Origin: Chiloscyllium plagiosum
Lineage: Eukaryota
DNA length: 64,000 nucleotides
Assembly (NCBI RefSeq): GCF_004010195.1
Contig: NC_057719.1
Coordinates: 38,476,473-38,540,472, forward strand
Direction of reading: 5' to 3'
Part shown: piece by piece, positions 38,186 through 51,767 of the stretch
Numbering within the stretch: the first letter of the stretch is position 1
How the letters are laid out: every line of letters begins with the position of its first letter
The notes under the pieces: generated by a model
Database searches by the model: none
Told to the model about the DNA's origin: nothing
Seen by the model: only the letters and a program-made list of their open reading frames with translations
Translations under genes and position numbers: made by a program

Positions 38186-38790
38186 GTTTCTTCAGGAATA
38201 TATTCAATATAGTCAACTGAATTGGAATTGGGAAGCCTGTCATTTATTTTTGAAATTGTAGTCCAACACAGATGTGCAAAGCAAATAGTTGAGGTTACCT
38301 TGAATGAGGACTGTTGAATCAAGTGATTCAAAGTTTTTGCTCCCACAATGTAACTAAAATAAAACTTGCTTACTGTTTCCTTTAGACCTTACTAATCATC
38401 TATAAAAGGATCACAGTGGAACAGCTTAGAATTTCTTTTTGTACCAGTAGTCTAACCTGGCAGACGCAGATGGAAGGAAGAAAGAAAAGGAAAGATCTGA
38501 AGTTGAAAAGTGTAACATGGATACAAGGTGGCAATTATGAAGCAAATGTCAAATGGAAAGGGGCAGTTGGTAAGGAATTGCATAAATGACTGAGAAACTG
38601 AGTGGATCTCTGCTTTTCTGTCTAATTCTACCAGCCAAACCGCTCCAGTACACACACAATTAATTATACCATGTTCAGTGTTTTGATTTGACACAAAATG
38701 TAGATTTCTTACAGGATGAAGAAACTTAGGTGTTTTGAACATGATGATTGGAAGAGCATCATTGCTTTTGGCATGTCAGCTTACTAGCTT

Positions 38791-39289
38791 TAGCGAGTTT
38801 TGAGAAGATTTGTAGCTCAGGTTGAGGTTTTGGATGTAGGTTTGCTCGCTGAGCTGAAAGGTTCATTTCCAGACATTTCATTACCTTACTAGGTAACATC
38901 TTCAGTGGACATTATGCAAAGCAATGCTGAAACTTCCTGTTTTCTATTTATATGTTTGGGTTTCTTTGGGTTGGTGAGGTCATTTCCTTTGGTGATGTTA
39001 TTTGCTGTGGTGAAGTCACTTCCTGTTCCTTTTCTCAGAGGGTGGTAGATGTTCTTTTCAGAATTAGAATCTAAGGAAGGGACAATAATGAGGAGGAAAT
39101 TGTTAAACATTGAAAGATGTGTTTGTTGATAGAATTCTGGTTGGAATGCCACGCTTCTAGGAATTCTCGTGCACGTTTTTGTTTGGCTTGTTCTAGGATG
39201 GATGTATTGTCCCAGTCGAGGTGGTATCCTTCCTCATCTGTATGCGAGGATACGAGTGAGAGAGGGTCATGTCTTTTTGTGGCTAGTTG
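38791..39289 (-). mobile_element. Penelope-like 3' fragment (second family) with 12-bp TSD
   Basis: ORF ATKRHDPLSLVSSHTDEEGYHLDWDNTSILEQAKQKRAREFLEAWHS (GIY-YIG C-terminus); TSD gcttactagctt at 38779-38790 and 39290-39301. Confidence 0.85.
38869..38908 (-). ncRNA. Minimal type-I hammerhead motif
   Basis: CCA-CUGAAGA-U-GUUACC(UAGUAA)GGUAAU-GAAAU-GUC/UGG; stem I CCA:UGG. Confidence 0.75.
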
Positions 39290-39701
39290 GCTTACTAGCT
39301 TGTCAATCTGCACCAGATTGGCTGCTCTGGTTATTGTTCATTCTGATCGACAGAGCACTTGGTCAATAAGCTCTCTGTCCCAACTTTTAGCACTTGTGCA
39401 ATCGCTGTCCTGGGCCCTGCCGCACTCCACAGGCACCACTGGGAATCACAACCTCCCAACTTTGTCAGCTGTGCCAGTGGTGATCCAGAATGCTCCCAGT
39501 TTGATAAATCCTGCTTTCACTGTTTTGTCAATGTGTATGTTTCCTTCTCAGATATTTGTTTTAGATTAGACATCAAGAAATAATTTGTAACGTGCCAAGT
39601 TAACTTACAGCAATACTACTGACTATGCAACAGTCAGTACCTCTGTAAAAATTTAAGAACTGACATAAATTGTGACTGTGAGCACCACGTGAGTAACTTA
39701 C

Positions 39702-39944
39702 CTCCTTTCTAGTCCTCTCTGCTTTTCGGATATCTTGACGCATTGTGTCAATTTTCTGCATAGCTACTTCCAACTCTTCCTCTTTGTCACGGAGATTTCT
39801 GGACAATTTCTGTTTTTGTGAGCGCAACTCTGCCATCCGTTCATTGAGTTCAGAGAACTCCTGCATTGCAATTTTCCTCTGCTGATGTGCATCCTTCAAT
39901 TCCTTTGTTTGGGACTTTTGTCTTTCAAGAGTTTCAACAAGTTG
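39702..39944 (-). CDS. CDC42BPB: Exon ~13: [49 protein letters not shown]...RKAERTRKE
   Basis: ORF 39600..39899; 243 bp; TAG/GTAAGT. Confidence 0.96.
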
Positions 39945-41278
39945 CTATCAAATTTAAGGGTTAGAAAAACATGTTAATACAAAAGTTAAATTTGCATAAT
40001 TTAAGAATTTACTACAACTTTAGCTGTATCATACTACAGGTACCAATTTCACATTGAGTTACACTGTAAACTGCACAGAGCACACTGACAAAGCAGCCCT
40101 GCCCCCACTCTAGTCTCAAGGATACTTTATTTCAAACATTAGAAAAGGAATAAGCAATACCTCTCATTGTATTTCAAAACTGATGAGAAAGTATGAAGAA
40201 TGCCTTTAAAATTTGGCTTGACAAACTTAGAGCTGTAGAGTACTGCAACAGTGTGAAGGTTACATGGTGTCAGCCTATTTACTAGAGGTGGTCTCATACC
40301 ACTGAACTTTAAGATACTCAGAAGTCATGAAGCTGAAATTTCATGACACAAAGATGCTAAATATATAAATCTACTTGCATTTTATAAATCTCATAGGATA
40401 GTATTGAACAGTGGCATTCACAAAAGTGCACTATACAATTTTCAAACTTTGGGCCATCACTTGTGATAAAAATAATGGAGGGGGGCAAATATAAGATTAA
40501 AGTCAAAAATCCAAAAGCTGTTATTGCACTGTTCCATATTCAGCTTTACCAACAAAGCAATTCACTCCTCGAGCACTACTGAAACAGAAAAAATCACTTT
40601 CAATCTTAAATTACCATTGAGGGTTTTTATTCTGCAATGATTAGCTGGTTAAGATCGTAATCAATTAAATATTGGTCCAACCCAGTCATGGGTTCCTCAG
40701 TAATTATTTGGCCAAGGTCACGGATGGTAGCATACATGGAACTACACTTTGCTTAGATGGCCAAGGTTAGAGAATCAGTCAAGTCTCCATTCTTGAATGT
40801 AAATGTACATGTGCTGCTAGACAGCACTAAGTGGTCGTTTCCTCTATGGAAGAATAAACCAGCAATACCTTTGGCCAAATTACCACTTACGTGAGAACCA
40901 ATGATTGATTCATGTTTAAAGTGTGCCCAAAAGGAAGGATTTGGTCTTCAGAAAGTAATAAATAACTGTAATAAGATGCAACTTTAACACAAGCACGGTC
41001 TTTTTTTTATTCTTAGTCTGCCATGTATCATTCTTGCAAATTTCTAGACCACTGCAATTCAAGCGTGAATTCCAGATGTCAATCTCAGTTCAACAACTTT
41101 TTCAATTACACAGAGACCAGTATGCAGGATTGGGAAGAATGCTGATCCCTAATGCTTGAAGAATGGCCCGACTGTGTTTTTTCCTAGTCAGTAGGTTCAA
41201 TAGGTTTGCTGAGGGTCTTTCCAATTTGAATAAATTCAAAATTTACATTATAAAAGGCAATTTATGATGACATTTCAA

Positions 41279-42238
41279 TGTCAGTAAAAATAGTAACTTC
41301 CAGAGGGCGGGGAGCACAGGCCTGAGGCCTGTTGTCCAGGCTGCAGCCCGTGGGGCCCAGGTGAGTAGGGGTACCTGCCTTTTAGACTCAGGATGACAAA
41401 GCACAGACCAGGTTTCTCGATTTAACAATTACTATTTTTAAACAAATAAATAGATTCTAGCTACAAGCAACTATGAACTGTCGACATATAAATCGACCAG
41501 CTAAAAATCTGACCCCCTTATAAACTCCCCCCATACACATACAATGAAACAAAAAACACAGTAATATGGATTGAAGGCAAGACTGTGTAGGCAGGTCGGT
41601 GGTCCCTGCCCACAGGGTTCAGAGATGATCCTTTTCATTTTCATGCTTCTTGAAATTCCTTCTCCAGGTACCTTCATTTCTTTGCAGGAGACATAAGGTG
41701 ACTGGTTCACACTTTCAGTCTCTGATTTGTTTGAAAACCCACAGTTTACAGGAACCGATGGAGGGAAATAAATGCAATTTCTTTACCATTGAGGTGTTTG
41801 TTTTTAAACTGCAGAAGAAACAACAGCTCCTTTCTCTTCAGAGTTCTGATAGCTTCTGATAAAATATTCAGTCCAAAGATGGCAGGTCAGGTGAATTGGC
41901 CATACTAAATTGCCTGGTAGTGGTAGGTGAAGGGGCAAGTGTCGGGGTATGGGTGGGTTGCGCTTCGGCGGGTCGGTGTGGACTTGTTGGGCCGAAGGGC
42001 CTGTTTCCACACTGTAGGTAATCTAATCTAATCTAATCTAATCTAATCTAATTCACACACGAAAGCTGTCCAGCTACACGGGAACCAACAAACTTGTTGG
42101 CAGGCAGAGAATTTTGCAATTGACAACTGGCCACCATTTCACATACCAATTAGCTACATGTTGCCAGCTGAATCTCCCTTCATTAACACCCCTAGGTCCA
42201 ATTTATCTGAAATAACTTCTCCATAAACAGCACTGACA
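41279..42238. mobile_element. Possible LTR-like insertion containing a SINE
   Basis: tgtcag...ctgaca termini and a GC-rich segment, but no matching TSD. Confidence 0.3.
41868..42051 (+). mobile_element. 5'-truncated HE1-type SINE with (ATCTA)n tail
   Basis: cagtccaaagat..gggccgaagggcctgtttccacactgtagg, then about six ATCTA units. High CpG retention suggests a young copy. Confidence 0.8.
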
Positions 42239-42994
42239 ATGAGTGTTGATAACCAGTTTTTTTAAAAATTCAGCAGTCCTTGGCTTTTAAAACATAATAC
42301 CTTTCCCATTTCAGTCTACAATTAAAATACAGAAAAGTTAATACAGTCTTTACAAGAGATTCTCCCACTGATACCCACCCACAGATTGAACCCTATTATT
42401 TGTGACCTAAAAAGATGGATTACATACGTTTCACTATTATCTTTAGAAAGCAAGTACAAGAAAGCCTCATTTAACACTGCCCTTGCACAATGTTGTTTTG
42501 TGTAATTGGAGGTTTCGAAACAGAACACCTCATATGCATTGTGTTGCTGCAGTTACACATTGCATATAACTAAACATTCCCATATATTTTATACACGTCT
42601 CCCTGAGTGGATATGGTAGGGAGTAGACGTCTTGTGAAGCTTTAATGAACCTCAGACTGTTTTGTATAATGTATTTTCCGGGAACCAGCAAGACACATTA
42701 GCAATGGCATGAGATAACATTTTAGGTTTGAAGATTATATCTTTTCATTAACCCATGCTAATTAACTGGCTGCATATTTCAAACAACTTTATTTTAAAAT
42801 TACATTTAAGGATTTACACTGTTTCTTTTAGTTTACAATGTTAAGGGACTATTTTAACACTTCAGTTAATGGGTGACCTTGTGAGATATTGATACACCAA
42901 TGATTTTACAGGATACTTCAGATTATTACAATACCCCCTTTTAATCATTGCCAACTAAGGTTTGCTTGTAATAATCAAAATTTAGTTTGCGTAC

Positions 42995-43128
42995 CTTGTG
43001 ATTTTCTTCTTTTTCTTGTTTAAGTGCTTTAATCTGTTTTTCTAGTGCTTTTACTTTGTTTGTACTTTCCTCAAAATCTTGGCGGAGAGACACTGCATTT
43101 TCAAGTTGATGTTCTAACCGATCAGATT
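42995..43128 (-). CDS. CDC42BPB: Exon ~12: ESDRLEHQLENAVSLRQDFEESTNKVKALEKQIKALKQEKEENHK
   Basis: ORF 42941..43165; 134 bp; TAG/GTACGC. Confidence 0.94.
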
Positions 43129-43357
43129 CTAAAGAGTTGTACAAAAAGAAAATGGAACCATCCACAACTGTAATCCAAATTTACACAGGCAGTTAAAACA
43201 GTATTCAAGTCTATTTGAATATGCTTGTCACTCCAAACCTTCATGTAACCTACATACTACAAATTTATATCATTGATTCCCAAGCTAGTACATAAATATA
43301 AAGAAGCATTTTTATAAGTAATGAATTCAGTGCTTTTTTTTTTAAACAGTTTATCTA

Positions 43358-43531
43358 CAGAGGAACCTCGATTACCCAAAGGACACAGGCAGGCAGTATT
43401 TCATTCAGTTAATCGAATTCTGGATAATCGAATGTCTGATAACATTGTTTAACCAAGCATCAGGATCTTGTAATCTTGCCGGATAATCTGATATTTGAAT
43501 AATCGAATGGCGGATAATCGAGATTCCTCTG
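43358..43531. mobile_element. Tigger/pogo-like MITE
   Basis: TIRs cagaggaacctcgatta / taatcgagattcctctg; TA on both flanks; internal ataatcga repeats. Confidence 0.85.
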
Positions 43532-44879
43532 TATATCACAATCCTGTGATTTGAACCCCACAGAAACCAATGCTATTGCTGTACCAGAATTTACCAGCAT
43601 TGTATTCAAACTTCAAAATAATGATTAAGTTTAAACAAAAAGCACCACTGCAGAATCCTATGAATTTTAATGCTAATTTGTTTTTTATACAATTACAAAT
43701 AAATTCAGATACCAGTGAAGCAAAAGTAAGAATTATACCTATGAACAATAATACTCAAGGGGCCAAATAATGTGATTCTCCTATGAAAGCATAAATCTCC
43801 TAGCTGGATATCAAATATACTCAATGAACCATGATCCAAATGTGGAGAATGTCCAAATTTTTTTAAGCATCTTTAATGCACCAGCACTTCAAAGTACCAT
43901 CTCTGGACATTTTATTGACAAAAAGTTCAAAACCTACTTCTTGAATTTCAAAGAAATCAAACTTGAATGAACCTAGCTGACATTTTACGTCAAGAAGGTC
44001 TTAGATACACTGATGCTGCTCTCAGAGTAAGGGCAAGGGATATCACAGGAAACTTTAAGCAGACTTTTGAAATGATGGATTTACTAAACTTTGGTTATCG
44101 TGTGGGACAAATATAGATGACAACAGACAATGGTAAGCAGCACAGGAAACAGATTTGTCTCTGCGCTACTTCATTTCACTACGAATTTAAGACGTCAGTT
44201 TAAAACATGGCCATCTTTATCATTCAGCAGTCATAAAGTGATTAAACAATGCCTGACGTGAATCATCTTGTTCTCTAAAGGAGATACTTCACCACCAAGT
44301 GAGCCATATTTATCTAGTTAAAAGATCTCTTTGCTAATTTTTAATTTCTACTTAAACAGGTGATTACTGATCTGAGCATACTTCAAGCTTCCAAGCAATA
44401 GTAGGTCAAGCTCTAGTTAATGAGATATGTTTATGTTAAGTAGCTGAAGAATATTTTATCCATAGTTTACTGTATTAGCTTTCTATATCTAGTCTGCATT
44501 GATTTTAGTTTGTTTGTTACAGGAAATGTCTTAAAATATAAAATCATGTCACATGATCTTTATTTCATTACCAGTCATTCAAACGAAACATACTAGCTTT
44601 AATTCATATGTAAAATGTCATTTGTCCTCCAGCATTGTTGGTTTATTCTTAGGATTAATAACATTAACTTTTTTCAAAACAAAATATACACTTACTTCCC
44701 AGAAAACAGTTGTTTCTTTAAATGCAAAATTGGACACTGAATGAGAATGAGAGATGCAAATGCATTTTTAAGCAGGTACAACATATAAACATGTAGCGGG
44801 AGTAGCCATTTTGTCCCTCTTAAACCTCTGCCACTTCATAAAATCATGGTTGACCTGGTTATAACTTCAAGGAGAAAAA

Positions 44880-45184
44880 GATAAAGTCTCTTCCCTGGGG
44901 TGGGGGAGTCCAGATCTAGAGGGGAAAGATAGAAAACAGACCTAAGGGGCAACCTTTTCACACAGAGGGTGGTGCGTGTATGGAATGAGTTGCCAGAGGA
45001 AATGGTGAATGCTCGTACAATTGCAACATTGAAAAGGCATTTGGATGGGTATATGAATAGGAAGGGTTGGAGGGATATGGGCCAGGTGCTGGCAGGTGGG
45101 ACTAGATTGGGTTGGGATATCTGGTCGGCATGGATGAGTTGGACCGAAGGGTCTGTTTCATGCTGTACATCTCTATGACTCTAT
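44880..45184 (+). mobile_element. Young CR1/HER1-type 3' fragment
   Basis: VRVWNELPEEMV..LKRHLDGYM, with ctctatgactctat tail. Confidence 0.85.
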
Positions 45185-45189
45185 CCATA

Positions 45190-46520
45190 TTCTAGCCCAT
45201 CCCTGATATGCTTTTACACTTTTGATTAATAAAAATCTATACACCACTGCCTTAAAAATAATCAAAGACTCTGCTTCCAATGCTTTTTCAGGAACAGTTC
45301 CAAAGATATACCCAAAGACAATAAAAAAAACCTAATGGACTACTCCTGATTTTTAAACATGGATCCTTATTTCCAGATTTTCCCATAAGAGGAAACACCC
45401 TCTTCACATAAATCCTGTCAAGACGCCTCATGATGATAGATATATATATATAGGATTCTGTCACCTTTCCTATGCTAAACTAGAGTTGGTACAAGCCTAG
45501 CCTGTTCAAGCACTTCTTACAGGACAACCCATTCATTCTACTTAGTCTGGTAAACTTTCTCTGAACTGCTTCGTTAAATAAGGTGGTCAATGCTGTACCA
45601 CAATACTCTAGATTTGGTTTCAACAATGCCATTTGTAATTGAATCATAGCTCCTTACTTCAGTATTCAATGCCCCTCCCAATTAGCTTTCTTAATAACCT
45701 GCTGTATCTGCATTCTAGCCTTTTACGATTCATACCAAAAAGACACCCAGATACCTCTGCATCCCAGAGCTCTGCAATCTCTCCCCCCCTCACAGAATAT
45801 TAATGATAGACAGTATATTCCCATTTGTTAAAGCTGGACCCTATCCATTTTCATAGCCTCCTTGCATGCTCTTCACAACTTACTTTCCTACCTATCCTCA
45901 TGTCATCAGGAAAAGTAGCAACAATACCTGCTATCCTTTCATCCAGGTCATTGACATAATTGGTAAACAGTACAGATTCCTTGCCACCACTTGTTGCATA
46001 CTGCCAGCCAGAAAAGGACTAATTTGTGCTTAATCTCTGCTTCCTGTTAGCCAGCCAATGTGTTAATCCCTACACCATGAGCTTTTATTTTCTGTAATAA
46101 TTTTTGATTTGACACCTTATCAAATGTCCTGTGGAAATCTTAGTACAATTCATCCTCCAGTTCTCCTTTTTGCACAATATTTGCTACCTCCTCAAAGAAC
46201 GCCAATAAATCAGTTAACCATAATCTCCCTTCCTCAACGCAATGCTGCCTCTACCTGATTACCTTCATTGTTAACTTAAAAACTGCCCTGCTACATCTAT
46301 CATTATAGAGTCTAACAATTTCCTGTCACAGATAGTTCCTCATTACCTGTCTCTAGCTACCCACCAGCCCCAAATTTACATTTATAACCCACCAACTATT
46401 GTGGCCTTCCCCAATCTCGGGAGTTTCAGAATATTAAAATTAATGAATCATTTGCTTCTTTTAAGACCCTCAGAGAAAATCCATCAGAACCTGAGTACCC
46501 AAGATTCTGCTCAGTCTCAC
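45190..46520 (-). mobile_element. Old CR1 LINE remnant; starts near 44770 and is split by the young copy
   Basis: Reverse-complement CR1 RT and 3' sequence, e.g. gacaccttatcaaatgtcctgtggaaatc. Confidence 0.7.
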
Positions 46521-47409
46521 TTCCCAAGTGATTGCAATGTTTTGAGTTCCTCTCACCCTTCAGATTGAACTGCATTACAATCATGGAAAGGCAACAACAA
46601 AGGCACGAGGGAGGAGCTGGCCAGACCTGACAATAGAAGGGGGAGCCTAGCAGGGAAGACAGTGGAGTAGCAATGGTAGGGGTTTCTGGGGCTAATTAGA
46701 AAAGCACAGCAGAAATTCATCCCAAGGAAGAAGTAACATATACAATGGAGAGCACAAGGAAGCCATAGCTGAAAAAGGAAGTTAGGGACAGCATAAAGCC
46801 AAACGAAAAGCATACAATGAACATCAATGGGAAGCTGAGGATTGGGAAGCCTTTAAAAACCAGCAAAGGAAAAGTTTCCCGACAAATCCATGAATATCAC
46901 ATCAGATAACAGCTTGTAGTGCGCAGCCATCTGAGGGGCAGAACGTGGGAGATAAAGACAGCCAAACCTATACCTGAAGTAGAGAAAATGCTAACTCAAG
47001 TGATCAACATACAAAAACCAGACAGGACCTTGCAAGAAGATTGAAGAGGGAGTTTGTGAAGATTTAGAGGAGGGTGGAAGATTTGCTTAGCTTGAACCAG
47101 AGGGAAAGTATCAATTGTGCAACCCTCACAATCAGAGGCAATTCTGCTATCAGAAGTTATCTGACAGGGAACATAGAATGGCAGCCATCGGGTAGGGAAT
47201 AATTTTAGACTGGTCACTGAAGGATTAAGTGCTCTCTCAAAAGGGCAGTGTAAGGTATAATTGTTGTGGGAGATTATTGATTGTGCTCAGATTTTTATGG
47301 AAAATCTCTTTCCTATATTTCAAGTTCAATTTGCCTACAAAAAGAAAAAAGCATTTAGAACCATGCTTGGAAATGCGGAATTCTGATTTTGTTTTTTAAA
47401 ACAAATTAA

Positions 47410-47950
47410 CTACCCGAAGCCTGTTCACCATCTACACAGCACAAGTCAGGAGTGTGATGGAATACTCCCCACTTTCTTGGATGGGTGCAGCTCCAACAAC
47501 ACTCAATAATAATTTGGACCATTCAGGTCAAAGTAGCTCGCACATTTGGCACCACATCCACAAACATTCACTTCATCTATCACTAGTGCTCAGTAGCAGC
47601 AGTATGCATCATTTACAGAATGTTCTGCAGAAATTCTCCAAGGCTTCTCAGATAGCATCTTCTAAAACCATGATCACCATCACTAGAAGGACAATGGCAA
47701 CAGGTACATGGAAACTTCATCATCAGTAACTTCTCTTCCAAGCTGCACACCACCCTGACCTGGCAACATATCACTGTTCCTTCAGCATTGTTGGGTTAAA
47801 ATCTTGAGCCTGCCATTGTGGTCTACCTAGAGCAAATGAATTGCATGCTTCAGGAAGGTGGCTCACCATTTCCTTCTCAAGGGGAACCAGGGACGGGCAA
47901 TAAATACTTGCCCAGCTAGTGATGTCCATATCCCATGAATGAATAAAAAG
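47410..47950 (+). mobile_element. CR1/L2-group LINE 3' fragment (third LINE family)
   Basis: AQVRSVMEYSPLSWMGAAPTTL; tail gggcaataaatacttgcccagc..cccatgaatgaataaaaa. A possibly related minus-strand LINE piece lies at ~62740-63560. Confidence 0.7.
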
Positions 47951-49060
47951 AATTCTGTATGGTATAAGGCTTAGAGCTGAACTCTCAGATTGTGTTATTC
48001 CCACGTATTTGCTGCCCTTGTCCAAGTTGGTAAAGGTTGCAGGCATGAGATTGTTAACTGTAAACTCAAATTTCTTTTTCAAAATAATTTGTCTGTTTGG
48101 AGATCACCACAAAATGTGGTTATTTAACCATTTTAATATGATCTTATAACAAGACAACATTCACATAATTGGAAGATGCTAAATGTAAGGTAGAATATTA
48201 AACAAAAGATTGGACTGGGTTGAATGGCAAGTGGAATTATTGTCTATACAAAGGAACAATAAGGTCTTTTGGCACAGTGGTGGTTCAAGACTCATGCACC
48301 ATGGAGGTGCATTGTAACATGCCTGAACAGGATAATAAAAATATTCTTTATAAAGAGTGCTGGAGAAAAACAACAGAACTATTGTAGAATTAGAGTTTGG
48401 ACCATTGAACACAGAAGAGAGAAAGAAGTATTCAATATGGGAAAAGGTTATTAACAAATATGATGCTGGTGTTAATAGAGTTAGGAGATCTTTAGGATGA
48501 TTTTCATGTCTCCAGGATATAACAAAATTCTATGGACAGAGGTGTAAACAATCCAGAAGAAAATCATGGGACCATCAAAAACTTCTGAATGATTTTATTT
48601 ACTAATCAAAGCATTGAATGTTTTAAAAAAGGTTGTTTGACTGGGTGATGTGTTTGGAAACAGGTGCTCATCTGGTGAAGTCTCCAAAAATATGCTTAAC
48701 CAGAGTTAGTCACCCTAGGCTACATAATAAATTGCTTAGAAGTGACAGTACCTATTTGTAAATTTTAGAGGGGGTCAAGATAATGATGGATCATTTATGA
48801 AAGGGCTAAGATAGATAGATCAGGGGAACTGCAATTTTTCAAGAGAAATAACTAATGCTGAAAACCATGATGATCAAGGACTAGAAAAACAATAATGAAC
48901 AACTTGCAGTCAGTACTAGCCTCCATCAATGAATCAACATATTGTGAAACCTGATAGGTTAAGTAAAATCACATTTACTAGGAACAGAAGTATAGCAAAT
49001 AAATCCACAAAACAAATTGGATATGATGGTTAGAAGTTAAAATATGACAAATAAATATAC

Positions 49061-49180
49061 CTGCTAACTTTTTTCTCAGTTTGTCCATTTCCTCATTTAA
49101 CTTCTTGATTTCCTTATCTCTGCTGATAGTTCCCATTCCACGTGTTGAACTATGAAGTGACTGTGCTGCCTGAGTGGATT
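49061..49180 (-). CDS. CDC42BPB: Exon ~11, coiled coil: [40 protein letters not shown]
   Basis: Manual translation; 120 bp; TAG/GTATAT. Confidence 0.94.
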
Positions 49181-49249
49181 CTAAAACAAAAAGTATATAA
49201 AGCTTAAATTAGGAATGATAAAGGAAAGAGACTTGTAAATCAGTACAAC

Positions 49250-50170
49250 AAAACATTTATATTGTATTTTAACAATTAAATGCCCCAAGGCACTTCACAA
49301 GAGCATTATAAAGCAAAGTATGCACTGAGTCAAATTGCACTAGGTGACCCAGTCAAAGCTTAAACCAAGAGGAAGGTTTTAAAGAATGCCTTAGAGGAAA
49401 GCAAGGTAGATACCTGGGGAAGTGCAGAGGTGCTGCTTGACAACTGAATGCATGGTCACCTGTGGGGGAGCCATTAACACATGAAGCCAGAATTAGAGTG
49501 CAAATAACTTGGGAGAGTTGGAGAACTGGAGAAGATTATGGGATCAGGAGCATGAGGTTACAGGCAGATTTGAAAACAGGATATTGCAATGCAAGACAGT
49601 TAAAACAGGAAAATGAGCCTTGGAGGAAGTTAAAACACAGGCAGAATTCTGGAATACCTCAAGTTTATAGAGGGTAAAACATGGGAGACCAGCTAGGACT
49701 GCAATGGAATAGTTGAGATTAGAGGCAACAAGAGTGATGAATAAAGGCCGAAGTAGCAGTTGAGCTGAAACAATGGTAAAATTGGGCAAAGTTATAGAGG
49801 TGAAAATGGATAGTTTTAGTGATGGCACAAATATGAAGTCAGAAGTTCATGTGTGACACCAAGGTTGCAATAAAACTGGCTTAATTACAGACTTTTACCA
49901 GGGAGAGAGTTGGAGTCAGTAGCTAGGGAACAGAATTTGGAGCAGGGTTCAAAAACAAGGTACTCAATCCCTCCAACTATTTAGCTGGAAGAAAATATTC
50001 CTCAACCCATAACAAGTATCAGATGAGAAGCCCAATAATTTCGCAGCAGTGGATGAGTCAAGAAAATGTGAAGACGAAGAGTCTTCGGATGACATCACTG
50101 AAGGGCAGTCTATGAATGCAAGATAGAAAAGGCTCAATGATAAATCATTGGGGAACACCAAAGGTTAACA
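49250..50170 (-). mobile_element. Old L2 LINE 3' remnant
   Basis: ORF 49544..49828: LVASNLNYSIAVLAGLPCFTLYKLEVFQNSA, matching the L2 SRLDY.N.LLAGLP..KLQ..QNSAA motif. Confidence 0.75.
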
Positions 50171-50344
50171 GTGTTGGAACAATCTGATAGTATCTTGATG
50201 TTTGAGGGAAAAAAGGCTTAAAACAACTGAAATCTGAACAAAAACAAAAAGACAGAACAAAATAAATGAAGAATTATCTGAAAACAAAAACAGGTTTTGA
50301 TAGGTATGAGGTACCTATACCCCTTTAGAAGTGAAACACTAGGC

Positions 50345-51053
50345 TGAGCTGAATCTTACCAAAAATCGGCTTAGTGCCATTTCTGGCAATTTTCATCGAG
50401 GTGTTTCTTCATGAATCCTAGCAAGTTTTCTTATGCTACCTTCCCAAAGTTACTTTATGACCAACGTATGACACATCACTTGTCACATTTCCCCCACTTG
50501 CCACAGGCAAAATTACTGGCCACTATCAGGTCATCCAGGATTCCTAGTGCTGGTGCCATCTTTAAAGCCCGTCGTGCACTGTTCAACTGTCCCATACATA
50601 TCAGACAGCAGGAAACTGGCACTCCACTTTGCCCATGGCCATCTGGGGCTCCTAGTGAACAAGGTAGGGAAAGTTCTTGTCAATTGAGTTTGCTACGACA
50701 TGTTAGTAACTTCTAGAAGCCAGAGGAGGAAATCGTGAGCTGGAGTCCCTAGGCCATGTCTCTGATTTTCTCATCTGGAGGTATCATCAAGCCTCTATTC
50801 AGTGGAAGGAATCATGGGAAACTGCATTTCAATGACGCAAAATGACTATTGTGTTAGCGCATGCCAATACATGCAAATAAGCTTCTTGCTGCTCATGAAG
50901 GAGAATTCCATCTCGGCCATTCAGCACTTCATTGGAAAACAGGACTTTTGCTCTTGAAGTCAGGAAGCTCCTCACTACCACTCTCTCTCTCTCAATTCTC
51001 ACAACTTTCTCACCAATGTCCACATTATTCAGTGCCTGGGAATATTCTGCCCA
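50345..51053. mobile_element. Possible non-autonomous DNA transposon (Harbinger-like ends)
   Basis: gagctgaatcttacc ... gggaatattctgccc, imperfect inverted ends; raised GC. Confidence 0.35.
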
Positions 51054-51213
51054 TAGTCATTTAGTTTTCTATTTATAAGACATATAATTTGTTTTCAATT
51101 CTGATGACAAATGGATACCCAAAACCACTATGTTCCTTTTCCCTTCATGGATGCCAACTGATATGCTGTGCGTTTTTTCCAGGATTTCTCGATAAATTAA
51201 ATCTCAAACTTAC

Positions 51214-51380
51214 CTTGCAGCTTCCTGGTTAGTTCTAGTTTTTCTTGTTCAAGCCGGCGGATTCGCCTCTCGTAAGCCTCTATTTGCAAACTGTTTTCCA
51301 AGTCTGTTCGCACATTTGCGTCCCCATCAATTGAATCTGACCGCATAACTTGTCTCAAAGAAGCTCTGTCTGACAAAGGA
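51214..51380 (-). CDS. CDC42BPB: Exon ~10: [55 protein letters not shown]
   Basis: ORF 51197..51397; 167 bp; CAG/GTAAGT; frame continuous with neighbours. Confidence 0.95.
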
Positions 51381-51767
51381 CTGAAATGGCAAATCACATT
51401 ACTTACTACTGCATTCTAAACATCAGACAGCTAGCTTGTAAAGCATTAATTGGTAATTCAATGCAAGTTGCCATGCAATCCCAGGAGCTCAAGTTGAATA
51501 AATTATTTTCCCAAACTTAGTGTCTTAAAGATCTTTAAGTTAGAAATGTAGTCACTGTTGCCTTGTAAAGACACTTACCAGACAATGTTTGTGCACCAGG
51601 ATTCCACAAGCAGCAGTGAAATAAATTACCAGATTATCCGTTTTACCGATATTAATTACAGAATGCCTGCTACACAAGACATTCTTAGAATAGCATCATG
51701 AGATTTTTTTTAAACACACAATTAAGGATGTAGACAGAACAATGGTTAATGCCTCAAATGGAAATCT

